Source: an uncultured delta proteobacterium
GTDB taxonomy: Bacteria > Desulfobacterota > BSN033 > UBA1163
Assembly: GCA_963708295.1 (NCBI GenBank)
Contig: CAVPSJ010000004.1
Span: 64,001 to 128,000 of the forward strand
Direction of reading: 5' to 3'
Length of the DNA: 64,000 bases
Shown here one piece after another: positions 38,880 to 50,601 of the stretch. The translations under genes were made by a program, and so were the position numbers. Positions within the stretch are counted from its first letter, which is position 1, and each line of letters opens with the position of its first letter. Below the pieces are notes generated by a model, which was not told where the DNA came from, ran no database searches, and was given only the letters and a program-made list of their open reading frames with translations.

Positions 38880-39544
38880 GACATGATCTCCCCATCTTTC
38901 ATTCGGATTAGCCGGTTGGCTGTTTTAGCAAGTTCATCTTCATGGGTGACCATTAAAATAGCCACCCCCTCTTCCTTATGCAATTTGTTCAAAATGCCCA
39001 TAATGGCCTCGCCGGTGCTTGAATCGAGGTTTCCGGTGGGCTCGTCGGCAAAGATGATTTTGGGGTTATTGATCAATGCCCTGGCAATGGCTACCCGCTG
39101 CTTCTCCCCTCCTGAGAGGGCCGAAGGCAGGTGCTCGATCCTGTGCCCCAACTCCATCTTGCCAAGGAGTTCCGTTGCACGCTTGCGACGCTCTTCATTG
39201 GTCATCTTTAAAGGAAAAAGAGGAAGGGCCACATTCTCCCATGCGGAGAGGGTCGGGATGAGGTTAAAGGACTGGAAAATAAATCCGACATTTTCCCGAC
39301 GAAACAGGGCCAGCACATCTTCAGATGCTCCGTTAATCTCTTTCCCATTTAGAATCACCCGCCCCTTCGTAGGTTTTTCCAGCCCTGACAAAAGAGAAAG
39401 GAGCGTTGTCTTGCCGCAGCCCGATTTTCCCACGAGGCAAACAAATTCCCCTGCGTCGATAGCCAGCGAAACCCCCTTGACCACTTCAAGATCACCATAT
39501 TTCTTGCTTAGATCCGTACCTGATAAAATAGTTGATTTAGTCAT
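38876..39544 (-). CDS. ABC transporter ATP-binding protein (LolD/MacB type)
   Basis: GKSGCGKTT, LSGGEKQR, ADEPTGNLD. Confidence 0.95.
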   Translation of the reverse strand: MTKSTILSGTDLSKKYGDLEVVKGVSLAIDAGEFVCLVGKSGCGKTTLLSLLSGLEKPTKGRVILNGKEINGASEDVLALFRRENVGFIFQSFNLIPTLSAWENVALPLFPLKMTNEERRKRATELLGKMELGHRIEHLPSALSGGEKQRVAIARALINNPKIIFADEPTGNLDSSTGEAIMGILNKLHKEEGVAILMVTHEDELAKTANRLIRMKDGEIMS

Positions 39545-40790
39545 GTCTTAATACCTCCGAAGGTTTGATTTTTGAAATGTGTCTGCCCAGCAACCCGCCT
39601 GTCATTCCTCCTATGATGATTGATAAGAGGATAGCAAAGAAAGCCAGGTTCCAGGGGACATGGACGGGAAGCCGCAGGGTCTTAAATATCTGATCTCCCC
39701 CTCCCGGGAGAAAATGCGGATTTGGACTCATCTCCCACGGGATAGGGATATTGACCTTCATGAAACTTAAACCGAACGAGGCCACAAGGGCTATCAGAAG
39801 ACCCAGAATACCTGCCATAAAACATTGGATCACCGACTCTGACATCAGTTGAGAGACCACGTTTCGATTGGTCCAGCCAACTGCCTTGAGAACCCCGATC
39901 TCCCTGGCCCGCTCGGCAATGTTTCCTGCCATGGTCTTAAAAGCGATCAGGACGGCAACAATGATTGCGATCAGAGAGGCAGCCAGCGTGAATTTATCCG
40001 AAAGGGCAAAGAGGCTGCCGAGAAGTTTCAGGAAGGAGTCCGGCGTAGCCACCGTGGCCTTATTGCCAAGGATGCCTTTCATCTCGGATGCCAGGCCGGT
40101 GATCTTTTCCTGGTCTGCCTTAATAAAGAGGAGGTTCACATCGCCCGGTGCGTATGGAGAAACAGACTGTAATCCTTTCGACGAAGTGGCCAGATCCTCT
40201 GCCTCTTTTAGAGGTAGGTACACATTGGCTACGGCGATTTTAGCTGCACGGGAGGCATCTACAATACCCACGACAGGAAATTTGTCATCGGCCACCGATA
40301 TGGTGTCATTCAGTTTGATCCCAAATTGCCGGGCATAGGCCTGCTCAACAAGGGCCTCGGGTTTGCCGTCTTCGAGAAACCTTCCCTCTGTGACAGAAGA
40401 GCGAAGAAGGCTCGGTCCTATGGAGTTCTCTTTTTCAATCCCCAGGACGATCCAGGCCCGGTTCGGGTCGAAGACCCAGAGCAGCAGGCCTGTGCCTATT
40501 CCTCTTACGCCGGGAAGTTTCTGGATCTTCTCAACTTCCTCCTTGCGGATCGTCACTGCCGAACAGGGAAAGACCGCTCCTGCCAGGTCCTTGGGAACAT
40601 CGCCTGACCGCTGAACCGTTATGTCGGCTCCGATTTCCTGGAGGGGGACATGGGCTGCCTGGCGGTAAGCCGATGAGAGAGAGTTGAGGATGATGAGAAG
40701 GGCGATTCCGATCGAGAGTCCGAGAATTGACATCAGTGTCCTTCGTTTCTGGTAATAGAGTTCTTTCGTCATGTAACGTAGATTCATCAC
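39537..40790 (-). CDS. ABC transporter permease (FtsX/MacB family)
   Basis: RRTLMSILG, ERAREIGVLKAVGW, KPSEVLR. Confidence 0.92.
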   Translation of the reverse strand: MMNLRYMTKELYYQKRRTLMSILGLSIGIALLIILNSLSSAYRQAAHVPLQEIGADITVQRSGDVPKDLAGAVFPCSAVTIRKEEVEKIQKLPGVRGIGTGLLLWVFDPNRAWIVLGIEKENSIGPSLLRSSVTEGRFLEDGKPEALVEQAYARQFGIKLNDTISVADDKFPVVGIVDASRAAKIAVANVYLPLKEAEDLATSSKGLQSVSPYAPGDVNLLFIKADQEKITGLASEMKGILGNKATVATPDSFLKLLGSLFALSDKFTLAASLIAIIVAVLIAFKTMAGNIAERAREIGVLKAVGWTNRNVVSQLMSESVIQCFMAGILGLLIALVASFGLSFMKVNIPIPWEMSPNPHFLPGGGDQIFKTLRLPVHVPWNLAFFAILLSIIIGGMTGGLLGRHISKIKPSEVLRHD

Positions 40791-41268
40791 TTACCTCCAT
40801 TTGTGTGACCATGGACTTTGCGCACGGGTCATGCTCTGGCGCATAAGATTGAAGAAACGTTGTTGCTGATCGGGATCGAGGATCTTCTTTAACTCCGTGA
40901 TATGCGTGATGACTTCCTTTTGAATCTCATCCTGGATACCCGCCATCTCTTTCCGCAGATTCTCTATCTTCACAGGGTCGCTGTTTTTCTGAAGGAGAGT
41001 TACGAAAATCTCTTTTTTCTCCTCCATGAGCGCTCCCCAGTTCTGCAAGCCGCCCATGAAACTTCTGGGCCAAGGGATCCATTTTTGATAATTGAACATT
41101 CGAAAGGCCGAGGGACTGATAGAGATGACTGTCTCCCGGTGACATGGGACAGGGCGCTGAGGATGTAGTAGAGGCGTTAACGTAATAATGGTATCCCATG
41201 GAGACCAGGACACCTGCATTGATTGCTAATGACAGAACCAGAACGACTGTCAACCACTTAGATTTCAT
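40791..41268 (-). CDS. Periplasmic heavy-metal sensor / Spy-CpxP family protein, frameshifted
   Basis: LSLAIN, LGLSNVQ, KKILDPDQQQRF. Confidence 0.75.
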
Positions 41269-41763
41269 CTGGATTCATTCTCCTTATAACTCACCATTTG
41301 GAGATATCCGTGTGCCAACGTGCCAGGAGGGGCAGGATCAAAAACCTTCAAGGAGTCAAAAAGGGCCTCCTGTGAATAGGTCGGTCGCTCAGGCTGAAAC
41401 GGAAAGAAATCAGATCGGGCCAGGATATTACCGAGATAGGTGCCAGCCAGGATTCCAATTACCAGCAGGATTGAAGCGATAGCAGGGGTCCGCAATAGCT
41501 GGAAAAATCGCTCGAAGATTGGCAACAAACCTTGTTCACGAGGTTCTTTAATTTTTCTAACAACTTGCCGGTAAAACCATGGATCCGGGTGGATTTCTTC
41601 CAACTCCCCCAGGGTTTGCCAGACCCGCTCAAGCTCCGCATACTGTTCACGACAGGCCCGGCAGCTCAGAAGGTGACTTCTGACCTGTTCCTGCTCCCGA
41701 GGCTTCAAGTTCTCTGTCCTGGTAAGCTGAAAATTTCTTTTGGACATTATGGCATTTCATCAT
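41265..41763 (-). CDS. Anti-sigma factor with zf-HC2 domain
   Basis: HLLSCRAC plus TM segment; downstream of an ECF sigma factor. Confidence 0.8.
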
Positions 41764-41909
41764 AAAATCCATTCAAAAATATGTGTCTCTAATCTAATTA
41801 AACAACTCTCAAGCCAAAAACCTGCGGTCATTTTTTAGAAATTTTTGCATCAGACTTAGCCTTTTGAGAAAACGAATTTCGAAATCCCAGAAATCAAGAA
41901 AATCACCGT

Positions 41910-41990
41910 AAAATCCCCCTTAATCCCCCTTTTCCTAAGGTGGAAAGCATCATCTCCTCCCTTTGTAAAAGGGAGGTGGGAGGGATTTTC
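41910..41990. repeat. Double-hairpin REP-like element (CCCCCTTT...AAGGG)
   Basis: Same style as the hairpins inserted at about 2820-2860 and 5090-5125. Confidence 0.6.
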
Positions 41991-42004
41991 AAAACGCTAA
42001 AGTT

Positions 42005-42581
42005 TTACAAATTTTTCAATTTTTCTTGAAGGGTTCTTTTGGCCCGGACAAGTAAGGATTCAACGGCAGAGACCGAACAGCCAATGATCTGGGCAATCTC
42101 CTGCATAGGAAAGGTCATCGTATCTTTTTAGAACCAATGCCATTCGCTGATTGTCAGGCAGGCTCTGAAGGGCATCGGAGATTTGGCGGCTGCGCTCCTT
42201 CTCGAGAAGAAGATCTTCAGCAGATGGCGAACCATCGGCGAGAGTCTCCTCAATAGCTGTGCTCACTCATCTTCATCAGACCGGTGAAATGGAAACCATT
42301 TCTTGCGGCGAGCGGATTTCAGCTCATTAAAACAAAGATTGGTCGTAATACGATAGATCCAGGTTGTGAATTTAGCCTCTGGGTTTATAGGTTTTGGCTG
42401 CCTGCCAAACCCGTATAAACACTTCCTGGGCCAGGTCTTTCGCCTGCGTCCTGTCCCCGATGAAACGATAAATAAGATTCAGGACGGAAGTCTGATGGCG
42501 ATTCACCAGGATTTCAAAGGCACTCTCGTCACCTTTGGCAATCCTGGCCATTAAATCTTCACTTGGTATTTCCTTATCCAT
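42005..42581 (-). CDS. ECF RNA polymerase sigma factor, frameshifted
   Basis: GDESAFEILV, AKDLAQEVFIRVW, FTTWIYRI, LPDNQRMALVL...ESLLVRAK. Confidence 0.88.
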
Positions 42582-42628
42582 AGATTGAAAAAAGTTTACA
42601 GCTGGAAAGGAAGGCGGGGTAACCTGGA

Positions 42629-43944
42629 TCAGAAATAGTACCTCACCCTTAATTCAATCCTGTAGTCGTTCTGTTTTTCACCGAATTCGCTTCCTTTCTG
42701 CTCCCACCAGGGCGATTCCCTTTAACCGGAACTCCAAATTCTTAATCCCGGTATATAAGAGTTCCGGAGAAATGGAAAGGCTTCGATCATTGAGGTTCAT
42801 GATTGTTGTGATGGCGGGCGTAAAGTAAAGGATATTGAAAGGGTTCTTTCTGGCTGATCCGGAGGTAGAGGTAATCCTTGCATCGGATTGGGTCTTCCAT
42901 AATTGCCTTCGGTCACACTCGCCGCTTTCTTCAACAGGGAATCGTTCCCATTTAATAGAAACAGGTCGTAACCCCTGTCGATGAAGGTAAAGTAGTCTTT
43001 CATTTCAAGACGGCTAAATCCGGTTCCATTTCGGTAGTACTCAAAAATAAATGTCGTATCTGAAGCAGTCAGGTATCGGATTCCAAGGAGGTAACTCTTG
43101 GCATCAAATTTTGCTTCAGAAATGTTCCCCTGGCTGTCGATGACTCTGCTTCTTTTGATTATTGATAAAGGCAAACTCCCCGTGGATTTCGAGATTGGTG
43201 GTGATGTTTCTTGAAAAATCCATTCCCACCCGGTTCGTCTTGCTCTCTCCTGTCATGGCCATGAGATCGATGTCCGTATCATAAAGAAGAAGGTAGAGTT
43301 TTCCGGCGAAGTTGAGCCCGTTTATCTGTCCCGAAATCGTCGTTGACATCCTTATAAACAGGAAAGATCACGGGAGTGAACGAGACCGTTTTCAAGCGGA
43401 CCCTGGAAGCTCTTGATATAATCCGCCGAGGCCAGTGATATATCCTTCACGGGCAAGTTCGGGGTCATCAGGATCTTTGGGCCTGCTGACAAAGGCTACC
43501 GGATTCCAGGCATACCCCTTTCCCCAGAGCAGGGTCTGCTTTCCGAAGTTGAAGCTGAGAGAGGAGGAGGGTTTAAGGGAAAGATATCCTTCATAGATCA
43601 TACTCTTGGGCTCATTGTGGTCCCAGCCGAGATAGGAGTATTGCAAATCGAAATTGGTCCTGACGAAAAGACGGGCAATCCCTTTTTCGAGACTTCCTTC
43701 AACTGGAGCTTTCCATTGTATTCCTCGATCGTTTTCCCTTCGTCACGGTTATAAAATTTGAGCTTGTACAGGGCTGCATCCCTGTCCAGGCCAAAAAGGA
43801 CCGGCCTGAATTCCACATAGCCACCCACATGATAGGGTTTCTTCTCTATTTCGGAGAGATCAAATTTATACTCCTCTTCGGCGAAGGCGAAGGAGCCAGA
43901 AAGAGGGTCAGCGCTTGCAACAAGGATATGAGAAGCCTTTTCAT
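42629..43944 (-). CDS. Putative outer-membrane beta-barrel protein, frameshifted
   Basis: GKQTLLWGKGYAWNP motif; ends ...RVRYYF; in an operon with a lipoprotein-sorting protein. Confidence 0.65.
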
Positions 43945-44056
43945 TCTCAACGATCTCATTGAATCGGTTAGCACGAACAAAATCACCTCCCCGCAAGGGG
44001 ATCCTGTTCATCAAGATCCTCGCTATCTTGGAATCCTTATTCTTCTGGCGATGATC

Positions 44057-44797
44057 CTATTTTCTCAACGACTCGATGTTCGGCATGAAGGTCAGGGTAA
44101 AGACCTCATCCTTGAAATCTTTCTGTTTGATCTTGGCAAAGATCATGATTGATTTATACCCCTTATAGAGAGGGCTATCCGTCTCGATGACCGAGGGTCT
44201 GACAATCCCACCTCCAAAATCTTTGATTTCCTTAAAATAGAGTGTCTTGATCAGCATCGAGGCCTCTGTCAGACATTCGATCTTTGTGGGTAGCTTCTTA
44301 TTCTTATCTGCCCATAGTTTGATCCTGATCGTAGGCAACCGTCTTTGTCTTTGCCTTGAGATAAAGGAGATATTCATTCCCTGTTTCTTCAACCTTTTCC
44401 ACATTATATTCTGCTGCATAATCCAGACTGCAGGATATCCGCATTGTTGAAAACTCCTCCGATCACGGACTGAAGGCTGGTGATCCGGACCGGTTTCCCC
44501 ACATTGGGAATATAAAGCCACATGTTATCTCCCAAGCCGCAAGGTGCTTCTTCCCTTTTCACTCGCCGGAGCAAGAAAGAGCGCCGCAACCTTGTCCACA
44601 CCTTTCTTGACCGAGAAGAGAGTATATTCCATCTTCCGGCCATTCGGCTCAACATTGATGAGCTTTCGATACATTTCATACGATTCGGGGTTGAGATTTC
44701 GGTCAATCTGCTTCAATAGCTGGGTGCCATCAATGGCATAGGCCGGAACGGCAATGAGCAGAGCAAACAAACAAATCAGAATTTTCTTCATATCCAA
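44057..44797 (-). CDS. Outer membrane lipoprotein-sorting (LolA-like) protein, frameshifted
   Basis: FLAPASEKG, DNMWLYIPNVGKPVRI, LIKTLYF. Confidence 0.8.
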
Positions 44798-44811
44798 CCT
44801 CTCTTTCTGTG

Positions 44812-44898
44812 CTTTAGGTCTAAGGTTTAAGGTTCAAGGTGAAAGATTAAAACATAGTTCTTTGCCTTTGACCTTTCACCTTTAACCTTTCACCTTCT
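44812..44898. repeat. Inverted heptamer tandem repeat arrays
   Basis: ttaggtc-taaggtt-taaggtt-caaggtg facing tttgcc-tttgacc-tttcacc-tttaacc-tttcacc. Confidence 0.7.
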
Positions 44899-46141
44899 TT
44901 ATACATGTCTCAGGGCCTTAATCGGTTCCATTCTCGATGCCTTGAAGGCCGGCTGTAAACTGGCAACCACCGAGATGAAGATGACAATGAGAGAGATCAT
45001 CAGAACATCGCACGGAGCGATGGTGGCCGAAAGGACAAGCCCTGTTTCCCTCCCGAAATCAAAGGTGATCCCAACACGATTGAGGATGAGAATGATAATC
45101 AGCCCTATCAGGTCACCCGCCAGCGCTCCCATCGTTCCGAGAAATAATCCTTCCAGGACAAACATCGATAGAATTTTTCCCGGCAGCGTGCCGATGGCCG
45201 CGATCGTACCAATCTCCCTTATCCTCTCATAGACCGCCATGATCATCACATTCATGATACTGACCAGGACCACAGCGATCAGCATGAGCTTGATAAAGAA
45301 GGCCATGACATCGATCATTCTGGCAATATTGTAGAAAGGAGAGAGTTTTTCCCAGGTATGAACCTCGTAAATGGGTTTGCCCTGTTTGTTGACCTCCCCG
45401 GAAAGGAGTCTTTCAAGTTTGTCACTGAAGGCATGGAGCTGTCCGAAATTCTTCAACCGGATGGCCACCTCGCTCACTTCCATCTCCTCCATTCTCAAGA
45501 CTTCCATTGCATCTTCAATATGGATGTAACCATCTCTGCCGCCAGGCCCTGTGACGCTTTCGAGAACACCCGCAACTTTGAACTGTTTTCCATTGACAGA
45601 ACCATCCTTGTTCGTGGCGATAATGACTACCGTATCGCCTACATTCACTTTCATGCTTTTCGACATGAGGTCAGGAATCCAGATCTCTCCTTTTTCGAGA
45701 GTCTTTTTTGCGCCATTTGTAACCCTCGATGGAAGGAGGGGAACCGTCTTTAAATTCCCGGTCCGGATAGACCCCATTCAGTCTTATGTTGGTCGTCTCC
45801 ACAAAGGTGCTGAACATCCCCCCGAATTTTATCCGGGGAGAGAAGGCTTCAACTTCAGGCTGCTGTTTGAGAATCCCTTCCAATTTCTGATAAGCCTGCA
45901 GTTTGAGGTTGAGATTGAGGGGAAGGTTATCGATGGAGGCCAAATAACCCTTCCTGTGAACCTCCAGGTGCCCCAACATCGAATCGGTCATCTGTCCGAT
46001 CATCATGTTCTTGAAAGAACCGCTTATCGAAATGAAGAGAAGAACGAAAACAACCCCGATCGTCACAAGAGAGGCTGTAAGCAGCGTTCTTCTCTTGTAT
46101 CTTAGAAGATTTCTGATGGCGATTTTCAATAGATTACGCAT
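44899..46141 (-). CDS. ABC transporter permease (LolE/FtsX family), frameshifted
   Basis: IAIRNLLRYKRRTLLT, ERIREIGTIAAIG, MEPIKALR. Confidence 0.88.
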
Positions 46142-46873
46142 TTTTCTTTCCTCCTTTGACCTGTTTTCCAACCAGTTCTCCATCCTCCAGAGTGTAGATA
46201 ATCTCCGCTTCACCCACGATCTTCTGGTCATGGGTGGAGAAGATGAAGGTTGTCTGAAACTCATCCCTCATCTTTTTCATCGACTCAAGGACCAGAAATG
46301 CCGTCTTATGATCGAGATTTGCGGTCGGCTCATCGGCCAGGACCAGTTTCGGATTTGTGACCAGGGCTCTCGCAATGGCCACCCTCTGCTTCTGCCCGCC
46401 GGAGATCTGGTCGGGGTATTTGTCCTTTTGATCAATCATCCCAACCGCCTCCAGCAGTGGTCAGAATTCTCTTTTTCCTTTCTCCTCCGGGAACATTCTG
46501 GACCATGAGAAGAGGGTATTCGATATTTTCATAAACCGTAAGAACAGGGATGAGGTTGAAGTCCTGAAAGATGAACCCGATGATTGTTTCCCCGGAACGA
46601 AGCGCTCTGTTTCCGGTCAAGATGCAACACATCGGTGCCCGCAACCTCCAGTTTGCCTTCCGTGGGCTTATCGAGACACCCGATCAAATTGAGAAGCGTT
46701 GTCTTGCCGCTTCCCGAGGGTCCGACAAAGGAGACAAAGGAGGCAGGTTCGATTTCAAAACTCACCTCATTCAATGCCCTGATCGCAATCTCCCCTGCCG
46801 TGTAGTCTTTGCTTACCTTTGTTGCCACGACACTGTAAATCTTGGTGATATTCTCTGCCACTACAAGTCCCAT
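46134..46873 (-). CDS. ABC transporter ATP-binding protein, frameshifted
   Basis: [26 protein letters not shown]. Confidence 0.9.
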
Positions 46874-47006
46874 AATTTCTCCTTTCTTAATAGAATGTGA
46901 TCAGGCCCCGCTATCTCTAGATTATCTCGGATTCTTGGGGTTTCCTAAGTCATGTCCCGGAGTCATTTCTTTGCAACTACATATATGATAGCATTTGTCT
47001 CTTTTT

Positions 47007-47810
47007 TCAGGGAAGAGTTTTTTTGAAAGGCTTTCTACTGTTCCTCCGGACAAAATGGGCATGGAAGATACTGAAGACAGTGAAAGGGGGATAGAGGATG
47101 ACGACCATCTGAAACAGGTAGACGAGAGCTTGCGTTTTTGAGAACTGACCAAAAAGACTGAAGACCCCGTAGAGTCCAAAGACAATGGGCATGAGGGTCC
47201 CCACATATTTTCCAACCATTTTGATTTCATAATCCTTTCGGTTAAAGTACCTAATCCCCAGATCATCCAAGGTCCAGAGAGTGGATAGAAGAAGGGAGAC
47301 AAGAACCGTGATGCCCGTGACAATCAAGAGTCGCCCGGTCTGAAATTGTCCTCGGGGCAAAAAAATAGAGGCTGATGGCTGCCGATCCTGTAACGATCTG
47401 AAGAACACAGAGGAGTTTTGTGGCAAAGAGAAGTCCGATGCCAATCCCTTGAAACGGTCGGAAGAGCCAATGCTTTATAGGATCGAATTTCTAATTCCTG
47501 TTTTCCCTCTACTTGAATAAGGACCCCTTTCATTCTTCGGAAAACAAGATCGAGTTTGCCGTAGATAGGCAACAGCATATAGAGAGGGAGGCAGAGGAGA
47601 AGGGTGAAATCGAAAAAACCGGAGAAACCCCAGATAGATTGACTCCCATCCTCTTGAGAAGGTGAAATCCCCCAAAAAGATGGAGACGACGATGCTGAAA
47701 ATTAAGATCAGAAGTGCGGGCCAGGCATTTTTAGACCAGCGATGGAAATTATTTGAAGGGGTTAAGTAGATCATCATCATTACCCGAAATAGTTTATCGT
47801 TGAATATCAA
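47007..47810 (-). CDS. Hypothetical membrane protein, frameshifted
   Basis: Consecutive hydrophobic ORF fragments in operon order. Confidence 0.5.
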
Positions 47811-47992
47811 AAAAAAGCAGAAGTAGATTGAAACTGCTTCTCGATGATCTGGAAAACATGGTCCAATTCATCCAAATATCCACGGCATTTCTCACATTGA
47901 GAGAGGTGCTTTTGAAGGGCACCGGCTCTCCCCCTTAATTCCTGATGGGAAAAAAGGGTTAACGGAACTTCGTATCTTCCGCAGGGATTCAT
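47807..47992 (-). CDS. Small zf-HC2 domain protein
   Basis: HLSQCEKC. Confidence 0.6.
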   Translation of the reverse strand: MNPCGRYEVPLTLFSHQELRGRAGALQKHLSQCEKCRGYLDELDHVFQIIEKQFQSTSAFF

Positions 47993-48003
47993 CTTCCTCT
48001 CCT

Positions 48004-48345
48004 CTATTTAGACTTTTCAGATCGGATGGCCTCAGCGGATACCTCTGATATTGGTTCGGGTCGCCGAAGGTCATTCCCGCAGAATGGACAGAAGGGCCAT
48101 TTTCCTTCTTTTGAAACGGTTGATCCTTTTGATCGGAAAAGGAAATTGAAAAACAGGAATCCGATGGCAAACATGGCTGCCAGCGCCAAGAAGGGAAAGA
48201 AAGGAAAGAGCCTTGGGCCGAAATAATGGAATCTCCAGCCAAAAGAGGGATGCAACGGCCAGAAGGGAAAGAAAGAATAATAGATAAATAAGAAAAGAAT
48301 ACCTATCCCTGCAAAAAAGAATCCCCAACGCATTGTATTTTTCAT
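48004..48345 (-). CDS. Membrane protein with zinc ribbon
   Basis: Two TM segments followed by FCPFCG. Confidence 0.65.
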   Translation of the reverse strand: MKNTMRWGFFFAGIGILFLFIYYSFFPFWPLHPSFGWRFHYFGPRLFPFFPFLALAAMFAIGFLFFNFLFRSKGSTVSKEGKWPFCPFCGNDLRRPEPISEVSAEAIRSEKSK

Positions 48346-48379
48346 CGATTGTTCCTCCTTTATAAACGTATTATTCTTT

Positions 48380-48904
48380 CTACCAACGTGCTCCTCTTCG
48401 AGGGCCTCTCCCTACTCCCATCCTCGTTTCGTATCCCGTATCCATGCCCAATAAGCAGTCCTGAGGAAGTCGATCCAATTGGTCCTTCGTAAAGATAGAT
48501 CGAGCTTTAATCTGATATGAAAGCGAGAGATTATCAAGTTTTGCTCTGAAGTTCTGAAATCCTTCTTCTGTCGATCCAACAGGATGCTTGGATTGAACAT
48601 TCGGGTCTCGAATTAAATGGCACAATTCAAACCTTAAGGACATAAGCTCCCTTCTCAGTGGTAAGGCCTCTGCTCCATAGTCACGCTGAAGGGTTTCGAG
48701 TGCTTTTATCTGCTCCTCGCTGAGGACCAAATCAGAAGATTCCCAACAAGCTCCCGTGGCTGTCCCGTCTCAGCATAGGCTCATTCTGAGGATGGAAAGG
48801 AGGTTGGGCCTTCGATAGCTGGACGCCAAATATGATCGATATAAAAAGTATAATTGCGAGAAGAATTCTTTCAGGCCGATATAGCCCTATTCCCTTCCTA
48901 GCAT
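48380..48904 (-). CDS. Spy/CpxP/ZraP-like periplasmic protein, frameshifted
   Basis: LSEEQIKAL...PLRREL...IFTKDQL. Confidence 0.65.
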
Positions 48905-49283
48905 ATTTGAACCCTTTCTGATCCTGACAGGGTATCCAATAAGGTGTGTAGTTCATCCCAATTGACCGGTTTCGAGAAGAAACCATCCAATTTTTCTTGC
49001 TTGGCCTTGCATTTTAACTTCTTCAGCCGGAAAACCGGTGATCATAATCGTAAGAAGCCTTGGCTGGATCATTCTGGCATTCCGAATCAATTCAAAGCCG
49101 TCCATCCCCGGCATGCTGAAGGTCAGTGATGAGAATAGTGAAAGATTCCTGTTTAAGTCGGGCGATTGCCTCTTCTGCCAGAGCACAGGAGAAGGTTTCG
49201 TAATTGTAACTTTGAAGAAGCTTTTCCATTGCTCCTCTTGAGAAGGCGTCATCCTCTACAATCAGAATCTTTTGGGTTTTCAT
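48898..49283 (-). CDS. Single-domain response regulator, frameshifted
   Basis: ILIVEDD, ITD, MPGMDG, IMITG, KP. Confidence 0.8.
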
Positions 49284-49349
49284 TTTTCTCCCCTTTTCTG
49301 AATGGAAAGGGAGCAGGGCGGAGAAATCTCTCCGCCCTGCTGTTCGAGT

Positions 49350-49855
49350 TTACCAGCGGCCCATGGGGCCCATCATCCCCATTCTTGGACCAAAGCCTCT
49401 GGGACCGAAACCTGCACCAGGGCCAAATCCCGCGCCTTGATTGAAAGCAGGCATCTGAGCCAGTTGCTCCGGTGTGAGCACTTTCCTGATTTCGAGCCCA
49501 AGATTAGTGGCCTTCTCCTGGAGCTGAGACCGGAGATCAAACATCTCCTTCTGCTTTGCTGCAATTGTAGCCTGGTCAGGATTCGGACTCTGCCAGAGGT
49601 TCCGGAGCTCTGTGCCCCTTTGTGTAAAGCTCTTTCTGAAGAGGTTCAATCTCTTTCAGAAAGCCATCCCTCAAAGCCTGGATCTGAGCAGATTGCTCAG
49701 CCGTCAAGTTCGGAATGGGTGGGGAACCGATACGCCGGTCCTCCAAAACCCCGACCGAACCCGGGCCCGAAGCCAGGACCCCAGGCCAGAGCAACAGTAG
49801 CCACCAATGCCAGCACTAAAATCAGACCTAAACCAATGATTGTGGTCTTCTTCAT
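49350..49855 (-). CDS. ZraP/Spy-like periplasmic protein, frameshifted
   Basis: Signal peptide, Gly-rich repeats, NLTAEQ...VLTPEQ. Confidence 0.8.
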
Positions 49856-49998
49856 GGAAATCACCTCCTTTCTTTGCGATTTTCAGCATCCTCAGTGTGT
49901 GTTTCTTGACCTCTGAGGAGAAAATGGTCGATAGAATTTCTTACGTAGTAATCTTACGAATGAGATGAATTAAATAGACGAGTTACTTTTGATGGAAA

Positions 49999-50307
49999 TT
50001 AACAGCGAAGGGGAACAGAATTGAAGGTTACATTGGAATGAATGGAGTCAGGATCCAAAACCTGGATATCGAAAGTAGGTGTTGATTCCTGATCCAGTGA
50101 AGTTGAATTTAAATTTACGATGGTGGGATCGTCATGAGAGACGATGGAATGGAAAGGACAGTGATTGCTCCATTGGACTTGCTTGCAGTGAGTGAAAGGA
50201 CCCCCGCTCGCTAATTTGTGAGCCATGTTTAAGGGGGTCATCCCAAGAAGAATGGGAATGAGAAGGATTGCAGGGATAAGAATTAATAATTTGTGTCTAC
50301 TTAACAT
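49999..50307 (-). CDS. Small Cys/His-containing protein ending in LRC
   Basis: N-terminal TM, CPFH, C-terminal VPLRC; first gene after a sigma-54 promoter. Confidence 0.6.
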   Translation of the reverse strand: MLSRHKLLILIPAILLIPILLGMTPLNMAHKLASGGPFTHCKQVQWSNHCPFHSIVSHDDPTIVNLNSTSLDQESTPTFDIQVLDPDSIHSNVTFNSVPLRC

Positions 50308-50344
50308 CGGAACCTCTATGAGTTAAACCTGACTCTGTAAGTAA

Positions 50345-50476
50345 AGCAACTTTGATGCCAGAATCTGAAACATCTTTGGAAGGAGGTTGAATGTTCAGGA
50401 ATCACAAGGAGTTGGTAGATTTTTGGAAGGTTCGAAATCTATTCGAAGAATTAAGTTCTCTCGACAATGATGTCGA
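50345..50476 (-). promoter_or_regulatory. Sigma-54 promoter with a candidate enhancer site
   Basis: Minus strand TGGCAT-CAAAG-TTGCT (50360-50345); palindrome TCGACA-N4-TGTCGA at 50461-50476. Confidence 0.7.
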
Positions 50477-50601
50477 TTGCAGTTTGCGCCAAATCGCCAA
50501 TTTTCATTTTAATATCAAGCATTCAAATCTTTCGACAAAGCTTTTCACGATCTCGACAAAATCGTCGCAGATCTCCTTCACTCCACGTTTAGGAAGAATA
50601 C

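Noticed and set aside
38883-39551. Long antisense ORFs (e.g. 38883-39551, 59355-60218, 19179-20084)
   Set aside because: Shadows of well-supported genes on the opposite strand, with no motifs of their own
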